63,152 nt of DNA, filler included, from Bigelowiella natans CCMP2755 (GCA_000320545.1; 8 parts of 8 records of this genome joined end to end with filler, not necessarily neighbours in it), one strand, 5' to 3'; positions 39,122 to 52,941 are shown, counted from the whole stretch's first letter. Notes: generated by a model not told the origin, from the letters alone. Numbers and translations are program-made.

Positions 39122-40768
39122 TTACAGATCATCCTCCATAGTGAAGAATTTTCGATACTCCGCTGCCTCCTTCGGCTCCCTGAAGGAATTCTTTCTATTC
39201 TTGCTATTTTTCGATTTCCTAATGCGGTTGATGGGCCTCGACCGCGCCATGAGCATTTTCCCAGGAGGCTTGAGGTTTGAGACCATTCTTGCGAGAGCTT
39301 TTTGCTTCCTCTCTTCGTTGAGGCGCAACGCCTCTTCCTTTTTCTTTTGCACGTGTATCTTCCTCTTATTTAATTCGTTACGCTTTTCAGCCTTAGCCCT
39401 ATCAGTAGGGTGCATGGCGTCCGCCCGTAGGAGTAGCTTGTCCATCCAGCCCTCCACGTCTTTGAGCTGCTCCAACACCTCGTGAGAAGCCATAGCGTTG
39501 GGAGGCAATAGTATGTTATACATTGTGTTTACGGTCTCTGATATACGCTTTAGCAGGCGGCGTGGGTCCACCACCCGATCGTCTTCTCCTACAGCTACTT
39601 GGTCCATCACGGAGATTTTCTCCGTTTGGATAGCGAGCTTGGCGCTAAGCTTCTTTATCGACGCGTCGATCCCCATCTCCTCCTCCTCAAGAGAATTCTT
39701 TTTCCGTGTGTATATATCCTTTAGCACCTCAAGCTTGTGCTCAGCCTCCTGGAGCCGCGATATCGTGAAAAGATTTTCCTCCTCCTGCTGCTTGAATTGT
39801 TCCATCATCTGGGAGACTTTCTCATAGTACATCACCTCCTCGATCTCGATATCATCATCTTGCACATGTGGCTCTTCGGCGAGGATCTTTACGACCTCTT
39901 CCTGTCTCTTCTTAGCATTCTGCTCAACTACGTCACCTGGAGTTAGAGAATCTAGGAATTTTTTGTACGTTTTTCGTTTCTTCAGGGCAGCCCGCTTTTT
40001 CTTAGTCTCCTGCTCTGCCTTCTGAATTGCCGCGCATAATTTCTGCACCTCGGTGCCCTTCAATTCCAACTCTAAATCCGTTTTCTCTAACTGCTCTTGC
40101 AAGTCCGCCACTTGTGCGTCAATCTCGCGTATAAACGCATCGAACCGCATTGCGTCCTCTTCTAGAAGCACCTACGAAGATCGATGATGAAGTGAGATAG
40201 ATAGCGAAAGAAAGCGTGTGGGGTATCACATTCTGCTCTATCTTCTTCACATCCGAAAGGTTGAAACAAAGCTTCAGATTGCTGTTAAACCACATCTGAC
40301 CTGGCTTTGGTGGAGCGCCTCCTCTTTGAGCCTTGCCTTTTCCTCAAGCGCTTTCATCTCGGCTCTCTTAGAGCGAATCGTCATATTTGCTAGGCACAAA
40401 CTACGTTTTTTATGGATGTAAGTATTGATCCCCTGCTGCGTTTTATACTCCATCGCTTTGGACTTCGCATTGCGGTATGATTTCTCCATAAGCCGTCGGC
40501 GTGATTCCCTACGCGCGGGCAGGATATTACTCTTGACAACTTGCCTTGTTCTCGCTACCTTTGGCCCTTTGTCCATAATGCCGAGCTTGTTAAAGGCCTT
40601 GCGTGTCTCCATGTCGCTGAGACGGTGGTTGTTAGATATCGAGAATCGTCTCTCTTCCTTCGTCAGGATGAAAGGGTTCTGACTTATGTCAAATCCGCCC
40701 CCCTCCATTTCCTGTAGCTGTGACGAGGAAGAATGGGAAGTGTTGTGGAAACCATAATGTCCCGACAT
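39122..40768 (-). CDS. CFAP100: Cilia/flagella-associated protein 100 (CCDC37/38, DUF4200 family), 2 exons
   Basis: YIHKKRSLCLANMTIRSKRAEMKALEEKARLKEEALHQSQ|VLLEEDAMRFDAFIRE...FKQQEEENLFTI...GKMLMARSRP matches CFAP100 family motifs; one intron at about 40172-40299. Confidence 0.85.
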
Positions 40769-41818
40769 TGCAGCAAATATACTGCAGCTATGACCTGATC
40801 ACGAGGTTCTAATCAGCTTGATTGAACCCAAAATAGACTAAAATCTTACACAAATTACACGACAACATGCAGATTTCTTATTGAGTAAAATTAAAGTAAA
40901 AATGAAGTGAGTTGACAGAGAAGCTCATCACTTCCTCTGTTTAATGGTTTCTCCGGTTGTTTCGTTCGTTCGGAAACACTTCGGACTTCTATTAGAATCC
41001 ACCTCGCTAACCTTACACCGTGGAATCAAAAGATTGTTTCCCATGTTGAAGATCAACTCGAATACGGAAAAACAACATTCCAAAATCCCCTACCCTTCTC
41101 CATCTATCTCTCGCCTCAACCTGGGCTAGCCCCTGCACAAACCGTACTTCAGCTGGTGATGGGAAACGTGAAGTGATCGCAGTTTGACATTGAGGCTTCA
41201 TAATATTGTTGTCGCAAGGAATAAATATAAGACGTTCTGATTATTCTTTGCCAATCGGTAAAGTTGGAAGGACGGCCCTGATTTCGATTACGGCGTCAAC
41301 GGACTTTCGCAATGAATTACCAATGACGTCCGCAATAATCATATTTTGACAGAAATGCATAAGGTTTATATATTGCGACAAAGAACACATGACAGTAACC
41401 GACAAGAAAGCCTACCTGGGCATCTGGAGGTAGAGAGGAGACCCCAGCCAGACGGACCCCTTTCATGTTGCGCTTCGCATGGCAGGCGCGGGGCCTCGTG
41501 CCCGTCAAGGTTCACAGTACACCTTCGGAACTCGTTTTATAACTTTTTCGCATATGGCACATAATACGCAATTGTTGGGACTTGATTGACGACTTTGGGC
41601 ACATTATTAATGCGACAGTAATTCGTCACCGCAATAGCCCAATAGCGCACCATAGTATCCGTAGTAGTGGTACCATTCGTAGTTGTTGTAACTTTTTGTT
41701 GTAGTGGTAGGTAGTAGGTAGTAGGTAGTAATAAAAAAGTAACAGTGGTAGTGCACCTATTCTCGATAGAATTAGACGAGGCTGCAAACACAGACATAAT
41801 ATTCTCACATGTGCTGCA

Positions 41819-42298
41819 GGGGCAAGCTTGTCCGGTCCGAGGATTCGCAAAATTTAAACAAAAGAGTCACTCTGGTATTGATTCCTATCGTTATTGCACG
41901 ACAAATATTTGAAAACCTATTAATCGTTGTCCCTCGATCCTTCTTCTGTAATGGCATGGCAGCACGTTCTTTAATGTAGCGACCGTCAACACCAAAATGC
42001 CCCTTTTCTCTGGCCACTGCTTAGCTTTTATGTCTTTTCCAGGATACAAGAAGAGGATCAAAATATCGAAATACGGGAATTTCAAACATAAAAAGTGCTT
42101 CGCTCATCACAACGCTGAACATTTAAGCGGGGCAAAGACCCTGAGCTTGGTAATATTAACCATTTATTGAGCGTGGAACACTTCTTTTTGGTGTTTTCCC
42201 CCTCTGACTTTGGAAGTGCAATACCTTAGGGGAAATGTAAGATGATCCATAAGTCAGCTAGAGTGCTTATCAAAAAGGGGCTTCCCCATGGATGCTAG
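41819..42298 (+). CDS. Organellar (probably mitochondrial) ribosomal protein bL35; upstream targeting exons probably start at about 40944
   Basis: RGFAKFKQKSHSG|YKKRIKISKYGNFKHKKCFAHHNAEHLSGAKTLSL|GKCKMIHKSARVLIKKGLPHGC* resembles bL35 (KxKTHSGxxKRF...LPY). Confidence 0.7.
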
Positions 42299-42521
42299 GA
42301 GAGAACTCAGAACGTTCTGGATAATGAAAGTTAAGCTCTGAGTCGAAGAGAAATGCCGCGTTTTGATGGAAATTCATTGGCGGTAAGCTAGAATTTGGGG
42401 TGTTTATGTGCACGCTGTGTCCAATAACTTACCATGAATTGTTGTGTGTATCGTTCATCCAAGTTCATATCACGTGCTGGCCCAACCGTCGTTTGCGCGA
42501 TTACATATACATAGATGTGTG

Positions 42522-42597
42522 TGAGACGGATGTAATGAATAAATCAAATTCGTTGAATGGTCAGCCTAATGTAGCTGTGCAAAACTGTGGCTGCAGT
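42522..42597 (+). repeat. Dispersed-repeat copy D
   Basis: TGAGACGGATGTAATGAAT...GAATGGTCAGCCTAATGTAGCTGTGC aligns with copies A-C. Confidence 0.75.
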
Positions 42598-43095
42598 ATT
42601 TAAATTATTTTTGTTAGTTTCTGCAATAGATGTGCGTACATAAGTACAAATGCAAAAGTTGGCTACTTTGTGACGAGCAACAAGCGATGCCTGGATGTGC
42701 GCGGTTTGGAGGTTGCTAAGCATTATGCTACATGTGTATGTGTTACAAATCCCAGGCGCATCGTCTACATCGATCGTATGTGGTGCAAGCGAGACGTAAA
42801 TTACATGTAGCCGCAATATTAATGTGAATCGACCCTTTAACATTATAATAGATATATAGAGCGCGCGGGTCGATACAGCGTAGCATTTGAAACAGCGAGC
42901 GAGTTTGTATGAGCATTGCTGTGCAGGTTTGTTGTGCGTGCTTCGGACGTACCGCGTCAAATAAAGCAAGTCATTATGTGTTCTAATGTGATTGAGAAGG
43001 TTGCATTCTAGCTTAGATATTTACGTTCTGACTCAAAGCGAAATGTATATATAGTTATCCAGGGTTTACATCCTATCTAGCTATAACTCTGCTTT

Positions 43096-44700
43096 TCACT
43101 CCTTTGAACTCTTCGGAGAAGCTTCTGCAGTTTTAGCTTCTGCAGTTTTAGCCGCCGCAGCCGCCGCAGCCGCCGCAGCCGCCGCAGCCGCCGCAGCGTC
43201 TTCTACTTGCGGCACTGGCCCATCCCACTTGGGACCAGTTGGGGATGTCCAAACCTCGTTCTCTACCCTCACTCCCGCCTAGTTGTTTGCAATCAGCAAG
43301 TATATGTCAACTTGGTATTATCGTTCTTTTATTATGGTACTTTTATTATGTGATATTAGTTATATCACCGTCATTACTACTACCACCACCACTACTACTA
43401 CTGCTTATAACTACACTACTACAACCTCACCACCCCCGCTCGCCCTTCCCCTCTCCCCCCCCCTTGATACGCCACTCTTCATATACCTTTCCTTCGATGA
43501 CGGGTCTCGGTTGCTGCAGGCACTGCTTGTCCAGGATGAACATATTCTGAGCACGATGAAGGGAGACACCACGACACAACAAGGACAACGACAAGGACAG
43601 CGAACACCAATATTGTGTCAACAAAAATATCCCAAGAAGACTTTTATAATTTTGTCCTTCTGGACGATGCTCCTCATCGTGCTCCCCATTCAAATCACTC
43701 TTCTACCTTAGCCGCTCAGCTTCACTATTACTTACTACCTGCACGTGGGTAATCAGATCACCGAGTTCCTCCACCTCCTCTACTTTGTGAAGCTGATGAT
43801 GACGATGACGATGGTAAGATTTATGGGATTACGGGTTAGACCACGGAGAGAGAAAAATCCAGAGGTGTTTCAACGCGCGATCAAGGGGGAGGAGAAAATA
43901 AAGAGAGTGGCTAGGAGAAGGAGGAGGTGGAGGAGCGCTTTCCGCGCGTATATTTCTTCAAGTGATGTCGCAGGTAATCTCTTAATAAAATAGACATGTT
44001 TAATTTATAGTCACTTAATCATTGGTTAACTACCTCTCGCAATACAACATACGTTCGGTAGGAGTCGAGCAGCCTGATGCATCATACAAAGTCATTATCG
44101 TCGTCATCGGCCACACACACTCCCCATCGGTGCCGGTACCCTGAAACTAAGAAATTCGCATAAAATTCCTAAAGCAGACATGTAATTGCTTTTATTTCGT
44201 TAGACACCACGCATACCACACACTAGGCGCACGTTATATCCAACACAAAATGGATAGGGATGAACCGCACACTACCTGCGCATCTTCTCGTTACGAGCGA
44301 ATTGAATGAAAGTCTCCAGGATAGCCTGGACCATCGACCGGTTGATAAGTGGGGATTATTCAATACAAAGGAGTGATGATAATGAGGAGGAGGAGGAGGA
44401 GGATGATGATGTTGACAAGAACCAGGGCTACATGCATACAATCAGTCATTCAGTCAACAGCATCCTGTCCATATATTCAAGTGTGTAGGTTATATGAGTC
44501 AAAGAATCTCCATGCCTAAGATTACATCATCATCATCTCCTTCATCATCATCATGCCCCACATCGCATGTTCTCCGAATACCTTCTTGACAGCGGTCTCC
44601 TCTAGCTGGGCGGAGTTGTTGTCGTGGTTGGCGTTGTCCCTGCTTGGGTGTGGGCGGACTTTCAAGTTGGCGACGAGGACATCGTTCTTTACCCGAACCT
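43096..44700 (-). CDS. Multi-exon gene of unknown function with poly-Ala C-terminus; 5' part lost at the gap
   Basis: GT-AG exons VRVKNDVLVANLKVRPHP...|AILETFIQFARNEKMR...LHKVEEVEELGDLITHVQ|NMFILDKQCLQQPRP...; the last exon contains (GCGGCGGCT)n encoding poly-Ala and AKTAE x2. Confidence 0.5.
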
Positions 44701-45044
44701 GATAACACAATATGATACTAAGTTTTGTACTTTATTACATTACGTGTGTGTGTGTGTGTGTGTGTGTGTGGTGGTGGGTGGGTGGGTGGGTGGGTGGGTC
44801 GGTACGNNNNNNNNNNNNNNNNNNNNNNNNNNNNNNNNNNNNNNNNNNNNTTAATTAATTAANNNNNNNNNNNNNNNNNNNNNNNNNNNNNNNNNNNNNN
44901 NNNNNNCCCCCCCCTCCTCCCTCCTCCTCCTCCTCCTCCTCCTCCTCCTCCTCCTCCTCCTCATCGTTATCATCGTTATCATCGTTATCATCCTCATCGC
45001 TCATCATCATCATCATCATTGTTGTTGTTGTTGTTGTTATGAAG

Positions 45045-46576
45045 GCCCAAGATCCCTGATTTCGTGCCTCCTGCCATCCGCGACCTCATCAACGACTGCT
45101 GGCAGAAAGATGCGAAGAACCGACCCATGTTTCCCAAGATCATAGAGCGCCTCAAGGCAACAATCGAGGAGGTACTACTACTGCTACTACTAGTAGTAGT
45201 GTGTAGGAGGAGCTAGCTGCTACTGGATATGTTGGTGTGCCTTAACACTACTAGTACTGCTTGTTCTGATAATGCTGCTGCTGCTGCTGCTGATTTACGA
45301 ATAACGAAGGGATTACCGCGCGAAAGTTTGTCTCTCAAGAACGCTAAGTTGTACATGAAGAAGACACATGTCTACGCATTCCGAAGCAAGGATAGGTAGT
45401 AGTAGTAGTAGTAGTTCCTCTGTAATACGCATCGTGATTAGATGGATGATGATGATGATGATGATGATGAGAATGCAAAATACTCTTTTCCCTCCCGTCT
45501 GTTTCACTACTACTACTGTAGTAGTAATAGTAGTAGTAGTAGTAGTAGTAGTAGTAATAAGTAGTAGTAGCAGTAGTAGTGGTAACTGCTACATCTAAGC
45601 ACGCTTTGGCGGTTCTTTCCCCCCTCCTCTGCTCCTCGCGTGTAGGTTTGTTTTCCATAAAAGCTGGGGAAAGTCAACATCGAACCCGGGCGATTTCATT
45701 ATCTTCGGCCCTGGTATGAAAAAGGAACAATGATGATGATAACGATAATGATGATGATGACGATGATGATGCTGATAATAGCACGATAATAATATGTTTT
45801 TCTCTTCCAAAGGCGGGGATGTATACACTTGCGCGCACGAGAGCTTCAAAGCAACTTACGAGCTCGTCGGTTCCGAGCCTCATCTTTACCGTAAGAAGGC
45901 GAAGATCCTGGCCCGCATGATGGAGAAGGATTTCTTAGTGGTAATGGAGGATGATGCTGTTGAACAAATGGAGGAGCAAAGCACTTACGTCTAATATCAC
46001 TCGCGTCACTATCACCACCACTATCATTGCCATCATTATCATCATGTCTGTTTGCGTCATAATCAAGGTGACTCTGGAAGGCCTGGCAAAGGGGGATGCA
46101 GGAAACTACCTTGCTGAGAATCTAGACAAGCATGAGCAGTGGGCTATCGATGCAAAGACCTTCGAAGAGACGTACATGATTTGCCCGAAACAGGTGTTTT
46201 TTTCCATCGTTTTGCCTACAATTTGTAAAAAGGATATGGATGAGAATCGTGCCCGCCATGTGAGTATCGTTCTGACTGCTGTGTGTTGTTCTTCCCCCCC
46301 CCCATCAACAACCAACGTGGAACTAGGTGCTCAACGAAGCTGACAAATCGGTATGTATCGGAAACAACTAACTAGCGCAAAACGCCATTTTTCACCACGC
46401 TAACCGTCCCTGTAACATCATTCTTTCTTCTTACATTACGTCTCTCCATCGCTCACCACCAGGCACCCCCCATGACTCCTGACAGCGGAAAGCGAAAGAT
46501 ATCATCCAGGAAGGCTAGATTCACTACTGAGAAAAAGTATGGCAACACGAAAGGGCCGGATGAAAAAAAAATGTAG
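45045..46576 (+). CDS. TKL-type protein kinase (C-terminal subdomain XI visible) followed by two PGDYG-like repeats
   Basis: RPKIPDFVPPAIRDLINDCWQKDAKNRPMFPKIIERL, then YMKKTHVYAFR...NPGDFIIFGPGGDVYTCAHESFKATYE and YRKKAKILARMM...VTLEGLAKGDAGNYLAEN...EQWAIDAKTFEETY. Confidence 0.75.
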
Positions 46577-47229
46577 GCGGTATCATTCAGTCCGTTGAGT
46601 TTCATTGTGGTACCGTATTCTTACCGGACAATGAGCGAATAATTTTGATAAGGAAATTCGCGGCACAATCGAACCAGCAAAGTCCTTTGCTCAGGACGAA
46701 TTCCGAAATGAGAACTAAATACTCAAAATTTGTTTTGGACTGAATCAGGTGCATCTTCATCTCTATCTGATGCACCGCAGTCAAGTTTGTTTCACCAATG
46801 TTAGTGCTTTCTTGAATCATCTGCACGTGCATGCTGGCACATGCTAGCATGCAGCGATCACAACTGCATGTGATCAATTAGATGTGGATACGTGCGTTCG
46901 TCCAGATGTCTAGGTATGCGCGCTAGCGCGATCCACAGCAAAATGACTGAAGAGCTAAGAGGGCGGTCTGCAGTGTGTCCATAGTGTGTGCAATTGCAGC
47001 CTCATGTTGTATCGTGAGATGTATGCGCACTGCGTTGTGCATGCTAGCATGGGCTCGCATCACTGTCCAGCTAGCCAGCCTGCTAGCCCATCTGCGGTGT
47101 GCATAGTTTATTTCAACATGACACTATTTCTGATCGCTAGATCGACATCAATTGGCGAACCCATCTTCGATCAATGAACAACAACAAGCGTCTACACAGC
47201 TTCAGTCAACTTCATTGCGTTCTCATTGT

Positions 47230-47452
47230 TCAATTTTTGACATCATCAACGAAGCGCCGTGTAGTCATCAATAACTCATTTAACAAGTCGACCAAATAGT
47301 ACGGCTTGTTTCTAATCACGCGGCGAGCATCGTTTATATCAATGCATTTCTTGTGCATTTTTTGAAGGAGAAGGAACGCGGTTTGGGGATTCTTGTATTT
47401 GTTACTCTCCTTGAAATGCTTGGACGCTGATATCAAACGCAAATTCACACAG

Positions 47453-47488
<36 letters not shown>

Positions 47489-49331
47489 GTAGTGACCACA
47501 ATACTGAATGAAATTGAAACTGGGAAGAAGCATCAACCATGAAAATGTGGGACGTACCGTACAGTTTAGTGAAATACTTGTGCTGAATTCCGTCTTCTAT
47601 TAGCTTCTCAAAGTTTGAATCTTTGAAAGCATATGCCCGCATCTTGAAGAATTTCTCAAATAATCTCCAGTGCCAAACGTTCAGCATTAGGTCCTCTTTC
47701 TATTAAAGAATGAATGAATTGTCAGCCCGTGAATAACATACGAAGAACAATGAAAAAAAAGGCAACACACATCTACCAAAAACCATACATTGGAGTCGAA
47801 GCCCTGCAGCTGGATCGGTTTTGTGGATGTTGTAAGAATGTGTAGTCTCGGGCTTAGATCCATTAAATCCGTGAAGAGCTTCTCTCGATCTTCGATTTTC
47901 ACTTCATCTGCGCCATCGATGATCTGGATAGATGAATTTTGTTTAATAATGCCAGCAATTTAAGTTTTAGAGAAAGTAAAAGCGAGTTGTGACACACCAT
48001 GAGTACGGGACGATCGGAAATTGTCAGGAAGAATCTCTTGATTCTCTCGTAAGGATCTAGCTTTCCAGCTTTCTCCGTGTATAAATACTTCATATCGGGA
48101 AGATTCATGAGGTTTTGCACCACTTCGTTCCGACTCTTTCCGCCTGAAACCTGTGTGTGGAGATCGTTGAGGAAAATACAGTCTTAATACAGATATTTCA
48201 ATTCGTGGGTGATTTAATACATCTGGTTTCTACCCAAAAGATGCCGTCAGGTCCTTCTACGTCATAGCGCTTCAGACGCCAGGCTACATACTTTGCTGCT
48301 GAGGTCTTTCCAACCTTGCTTGGCCCTGTGAGTTGCACCCAGCGATGACGCGTTGAGTTCTCTTGATCACGTTGTACAGCCGTGAATAGATTCCTTTGGA
48401 GCTGCAAGTAGTGATCAACCGCCCACTTTAGCTGTTTCAGGAAAGGGGCTGGATGAAAGTATTGCGGGAGAGCAGGAAGCCAGCTCTTTAGTTTTGCGGG
48501 GGGAGGAGAATACGGTTTGAACGAGAATCTGACGTCATGGTTCCCGTCTTTGGGCAGCAAAAGATACTTTTTGACCTCCTCATTCAGACGTTTTGCCTTT
48601 CGAAGTAGCTCCTTATGTTGACTCGTATGTGTTTCATGGCCCTTCGATTGTTTAGTAAAGGTACTGGCCATATCCTTCAGTTGTTGCTTCGCAGCTTCAA
48701 AGGAGGTCAAAACAGCATCCCCACCTAACAACCTCTCGAAAAAGACCGTCTGGAATATTCGTACGGCTTTATCGCCCAATAACTCTTCTTCGCTGCATAC
48801 TATTATATGGTCAACCGCTTTTAACCGAACAAGTACTTGAGCTACCGCTTCGCTCTTGCACGCAGCCAGCATCAGTATCTTCAACGAGCACGTCGGCGTT
48901 TTCTTCGCCTCCATTATCATTTTAGCAAACTCAACAGACTTCACATAAACAGCCTTTCCTTGAGGAACATCGTTTTCAAATTGGAGGCCATGTTCACCAT
49001 GGCAGCCCACTAGCATCGCAAAGCAATCAGATCGTAAAGCTCTTTTCATATTTTCTTTGGAAGCTCTCCATCTGGACATGTGAAGTTGGCAGTCCTCGTT
49101 ATCAGCGCCACATCCGCTATTGACGCTGACGGCTTTGCTCATGTCTTCCATCATTTCGCCGTCTTTCTCTAGTTGCAAGATGGAGTGCATGTTGTTCAAG
49201 GGCAAAGCAAATACGAATGCCAAGTGGGCGGGTACCTCGATATCATTGTCAAAATGAAGTTTAGACCATCTGCATTGAATCTCTGGTCGGACAACATAGA
49301 GAAAGAGGGTGAAGGAGAGAGATAGAGAGAG

Positions 49332-49378
<47 letters not shown>

Positions 49379-49866
49379 CGTGTACTGCAATTGGACACAG
49401 CAGTTCAAATCGCATGCACACGTTCCTACCTCGTCGCTCGTAAGCGGCCGCACCCACGCTTCTACTTTCGCATCAAAATTACTAGCATTTTTAGCCTCTC
49501 GAAGCTGCGGACCTCGCTCCACCCACATCAGCTCAACATACCTGTACAATGGGGGAGTGCTTACCGCTTACAACCAAGAAAATGAACATTGTGCGATGAC
49601 GAACAATCTCGCCCATTTTGCACGGATGGAGTGGTAAACAATTACGCGGATAAGAAAAAGATGATTTGCAAGGCATGTGCTATGAATACTGTTGCGAATC
49701 TGTACGTACTCTTCGAAGGTTATCCCCCCCCTCTTCGTAGCTGAAGTGGGTAGACTTTTCATGCGTTTACTTCTGCATTGGGCGCTTTCCGAAGGATACA
49801 GTTGCTGTAGAGAGAAACTAATATGAGCTCCTATCCGATCTCATTAGCATATCAATTTATTTCTTG

Positions 49867-49912
<46 letters not shown>

Positions 49913-50418
49913 CGATTCATGCCATGATGTTGAGAGTTCTCACCTCGATGTGTTTCATTACAGTCTTGAGCTGAATGAGCCTTTTGCTGTCATCGCCCGA
50001 TGAAGGCTCACATATATCGAATGTGTACCTGAAGTAATCGAAATACAGAGGTTACCTCATTATGTAATGATGCGGTATATATGCTCATCCTATCATCACG
50101 ATCATGATGATTGTGCCCACCTCTTAGCTGTTACAATCTCCTCTCCATCTCACATCATAATTCAATTAACTCTCCATTTGCACATTAGCGCATGCGCAAC
50201 CTACCGTAGTATACGGTGCTTGCTGAAGAGCTCGTAGAACGGCTCCCAAGACCGGAAATCAGCCATTTCGACATTCCTGGAGTTCGTCTTGGAGACAATT
50301 CTCGTTAGTTTATTCTCGCAGGCCTTTCTCCAGTTGTCATAGTCAACGGTATGCGTCATTGTACTACATTGAGAGAGAGAGAGAGAGAGATAGTCAACGG
50401 TATGCGTCATTGTGCTAC

Positions 50419-50458
<40 letters not shown>

Positions 50459-50486
50459 TCAACGGTATGCGTCATTGTGCTACATT

Positions 50487-50530
<44 letters not shown>

Positions 50531-50935
50531 GAGAGAGAAAGTTGCATTATTTATATCGTACCACAGAACTAAATCGCGAGAAAACGACGATTACTCGCTG
50601 CTTATATATGACCCTGCTATCGACTACCTCTACTCTTCGCTACTTACTACTACAAACGCACCGATTGAACAAAATGACATCAAACTCGGCAGCCTCACTG
50701 TCTTGGTACGGCCACGTGTGAATGCCATTGGCAATCTCGAGGATGAATTGCAATATCCTGCGCACATAAAGACGCAGTCACGTTCGTGTTCATTCCCAAA
50801 ATCTGGGGTAATATAATCGGTATAAATACGATGTCTAGGCACCTCGCGCAGTCTTCAGTTTCCGACAGAATTTCGATGTCTACTGACATCACACGACGGC
50901 TGCGCCCCCTCCTCCTGGCAAGATAGTTATGGCGA

Positions 50936-50977
<42 letters not shown>

Positions 50978-51374
50978 TGTGGTTGTGTTGTTACAAAAAG
51001 ACCCTTTCTTCCTCTGAAGCATAGTGGTACTAACTCGGAAATGCACGGGTTCTAGATATAATTCAGCTTCGCCTCTGACGAAAACCTGACAAAAGTATGT
51101 ATATGAAGAGGGATTGTCAGCAAGAAATAAACGTCAATTTCGAATAGACGCACCAACAAGAAAAGAAAAACGAAATGAGTTGTACCTGCTGCTCCAGTTT
51201 GAATGGAACCGTCATACCTTCTGGTATTAGATAAATTATGCGTTTGAAATAGAGCTTGACGTATTTTAAAAATTCCATGATGATGACGATGATGATAATA
51301 GTCAACATTAGACACCTTTTCGAAGCCGTTTTGTACGCTCAGTATTGGATGAAAGCTCAGAAACTACGCAATAC

Positions 51375-51419
<45 letters not shown>

Positions 51420-52041
51420 CGCACAAATATAATTATTCGCAAAAGCGTAGTTACTTTTGAGAGGTTCTTTTTCGTTTAACATCGTTACTAATGTGGAGAT
51501 GTGAAATATCAGCGTAACTACCGATGCTTCCGACGAGAATATCATGATAGGAATGCGGCCTGAGGCGTTTAAAGCGCAGCGAAAACTTCCCCATCACTTT
51601 GTACTCTTTCCTCTCTCTAGATGTCGAATCTTTCATCATCGAAGGCACCAGATACTTGTCTGTGCCCCCGATCTTGCAGAGTATCATGAACCTATTTAAA
51701 GCAGAAGGAAACGAAAATTATGACATGGAATACATTTACATCGAATCGAAGGCGAGAAATCTGCTTCTCTCATCGCAATCGATGAGTAATATTACTCTTT
51801 TATGTAATTTAATTACAATACAACCACCCACATCTCTCGTGTTTTGCGCTTAGCATGAATGCATGCATGTGCTACTTCTCCAGGATGTTGCGCCCATATT
51901 CGTATAGCCTCATCTTCTCCAGCTCCTCTGCTGTGACTTTGCTGTCTTCATCGTGGCCCTCCTCAGTGAGCAGTGGCTTTGGGCAACGCCACAGGTGTCT
52001 CAACACTGCCTCGTGGATGATGACTCCTTCATCAACAAACC
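47230..52041 (-). CDS. Large multidomain protein: COR-like region, CHAT (caspase-like) protease, STAND/NB-ARC-like P-loop NTPase; 5' part lost at the gap
   Basis: CHAT dyad GCHG...LMLAACKS and DKAVRIFQTVFFERLLGGDAVLTSFEAAK; Walker A LTGPSKVGKTS; GIFWVE; Walker B VLM|IIDGADEV; ILTTST. Upstream GVIIHEAVLRHLW...ILEK|FMILC...YLVPSMM resembles a Roco COR domain (weaker). Confidence 0.8.
50339..50530. repeat. Three tandem copies of a 31-33 bp unit, each followed by (GA)n
   Basis: ATAGTCAACGGTATGCGTCATTGT[A/G]CTACATTG(AG)n x3. Confidence 0.9.
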
Positions 52042-52325
52042 TATGTGTGTGTGTGTGTGTGTGCAAGAGAGAGAGAGAGAGAGAGAGANNNNNNNNNNNN
52101 NNNNNNNNNNNNNNNNNNNNNNNNNNNNNNNNTTAATTAATTAANNNNNNNNNNNNNNNNNNNNNNNNNNNNNNNNNNNNNNNNNNNNACAATTAGCATT
52201 AGACCCACGCTCTCCCCTTTAGGTACACTCCAAAAGCAGCAATAAAGCACCGCAAAGACACCGGGCACCCACCACCCCCCAAATTCTCACAAAAGAAAAT
52301 TTTTTAAATTATTAAAACCAAAAAA

Positions 52326-52356
<31 letters not shown>

Positions 52357-52533
52357 TTTCCACCCAATAGATGTTGATTAGTCCTATGGGTATGGCCAAC
52401 ACGATTCAATGGGAGTATCTCCTTGAGTGGGAGACTCCTCGCTCCTTCCTCACGTCATCACTGTCCTCGCTAGGGTATGAGAATAGATGACAAACGAGTT
52501 GTGGAATGATAAGCCAGAGCCGCCCAGAAAGAG

Positions 52534-52578
<45 letters not shown>

Positions 52579-52835
52579 GAGAGAGGAGGGGGGGGGGGCG
52601 ACGGGGCGCTGGTGCGAGATCAAGATGTGTCACACTTTTCTGGAAAATTTTATTTCGAAAAACCGCGGATGACGTATATTTACTCAGTCTTCATGAGCAG
52701 AGCCGACATTTGAATTCTTGTTATCATCATTTTCATTGCTCAATGAATACTCATCTTCGCCGATTGCTACAACAAGGTTTGGACGCTCGAACGACAGAGC
52801 CGAGAGAGGTAGATAATTATATATACATATATAAA

Positions 52836-52941
<106 letters not shown>

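Noticed and set aside
50339-50530. CRISPR-like repeat-spacer appearance
   Set aside because: The spacers are just (GA)n, the context is a eukaryotic intron and there are no cas genes.
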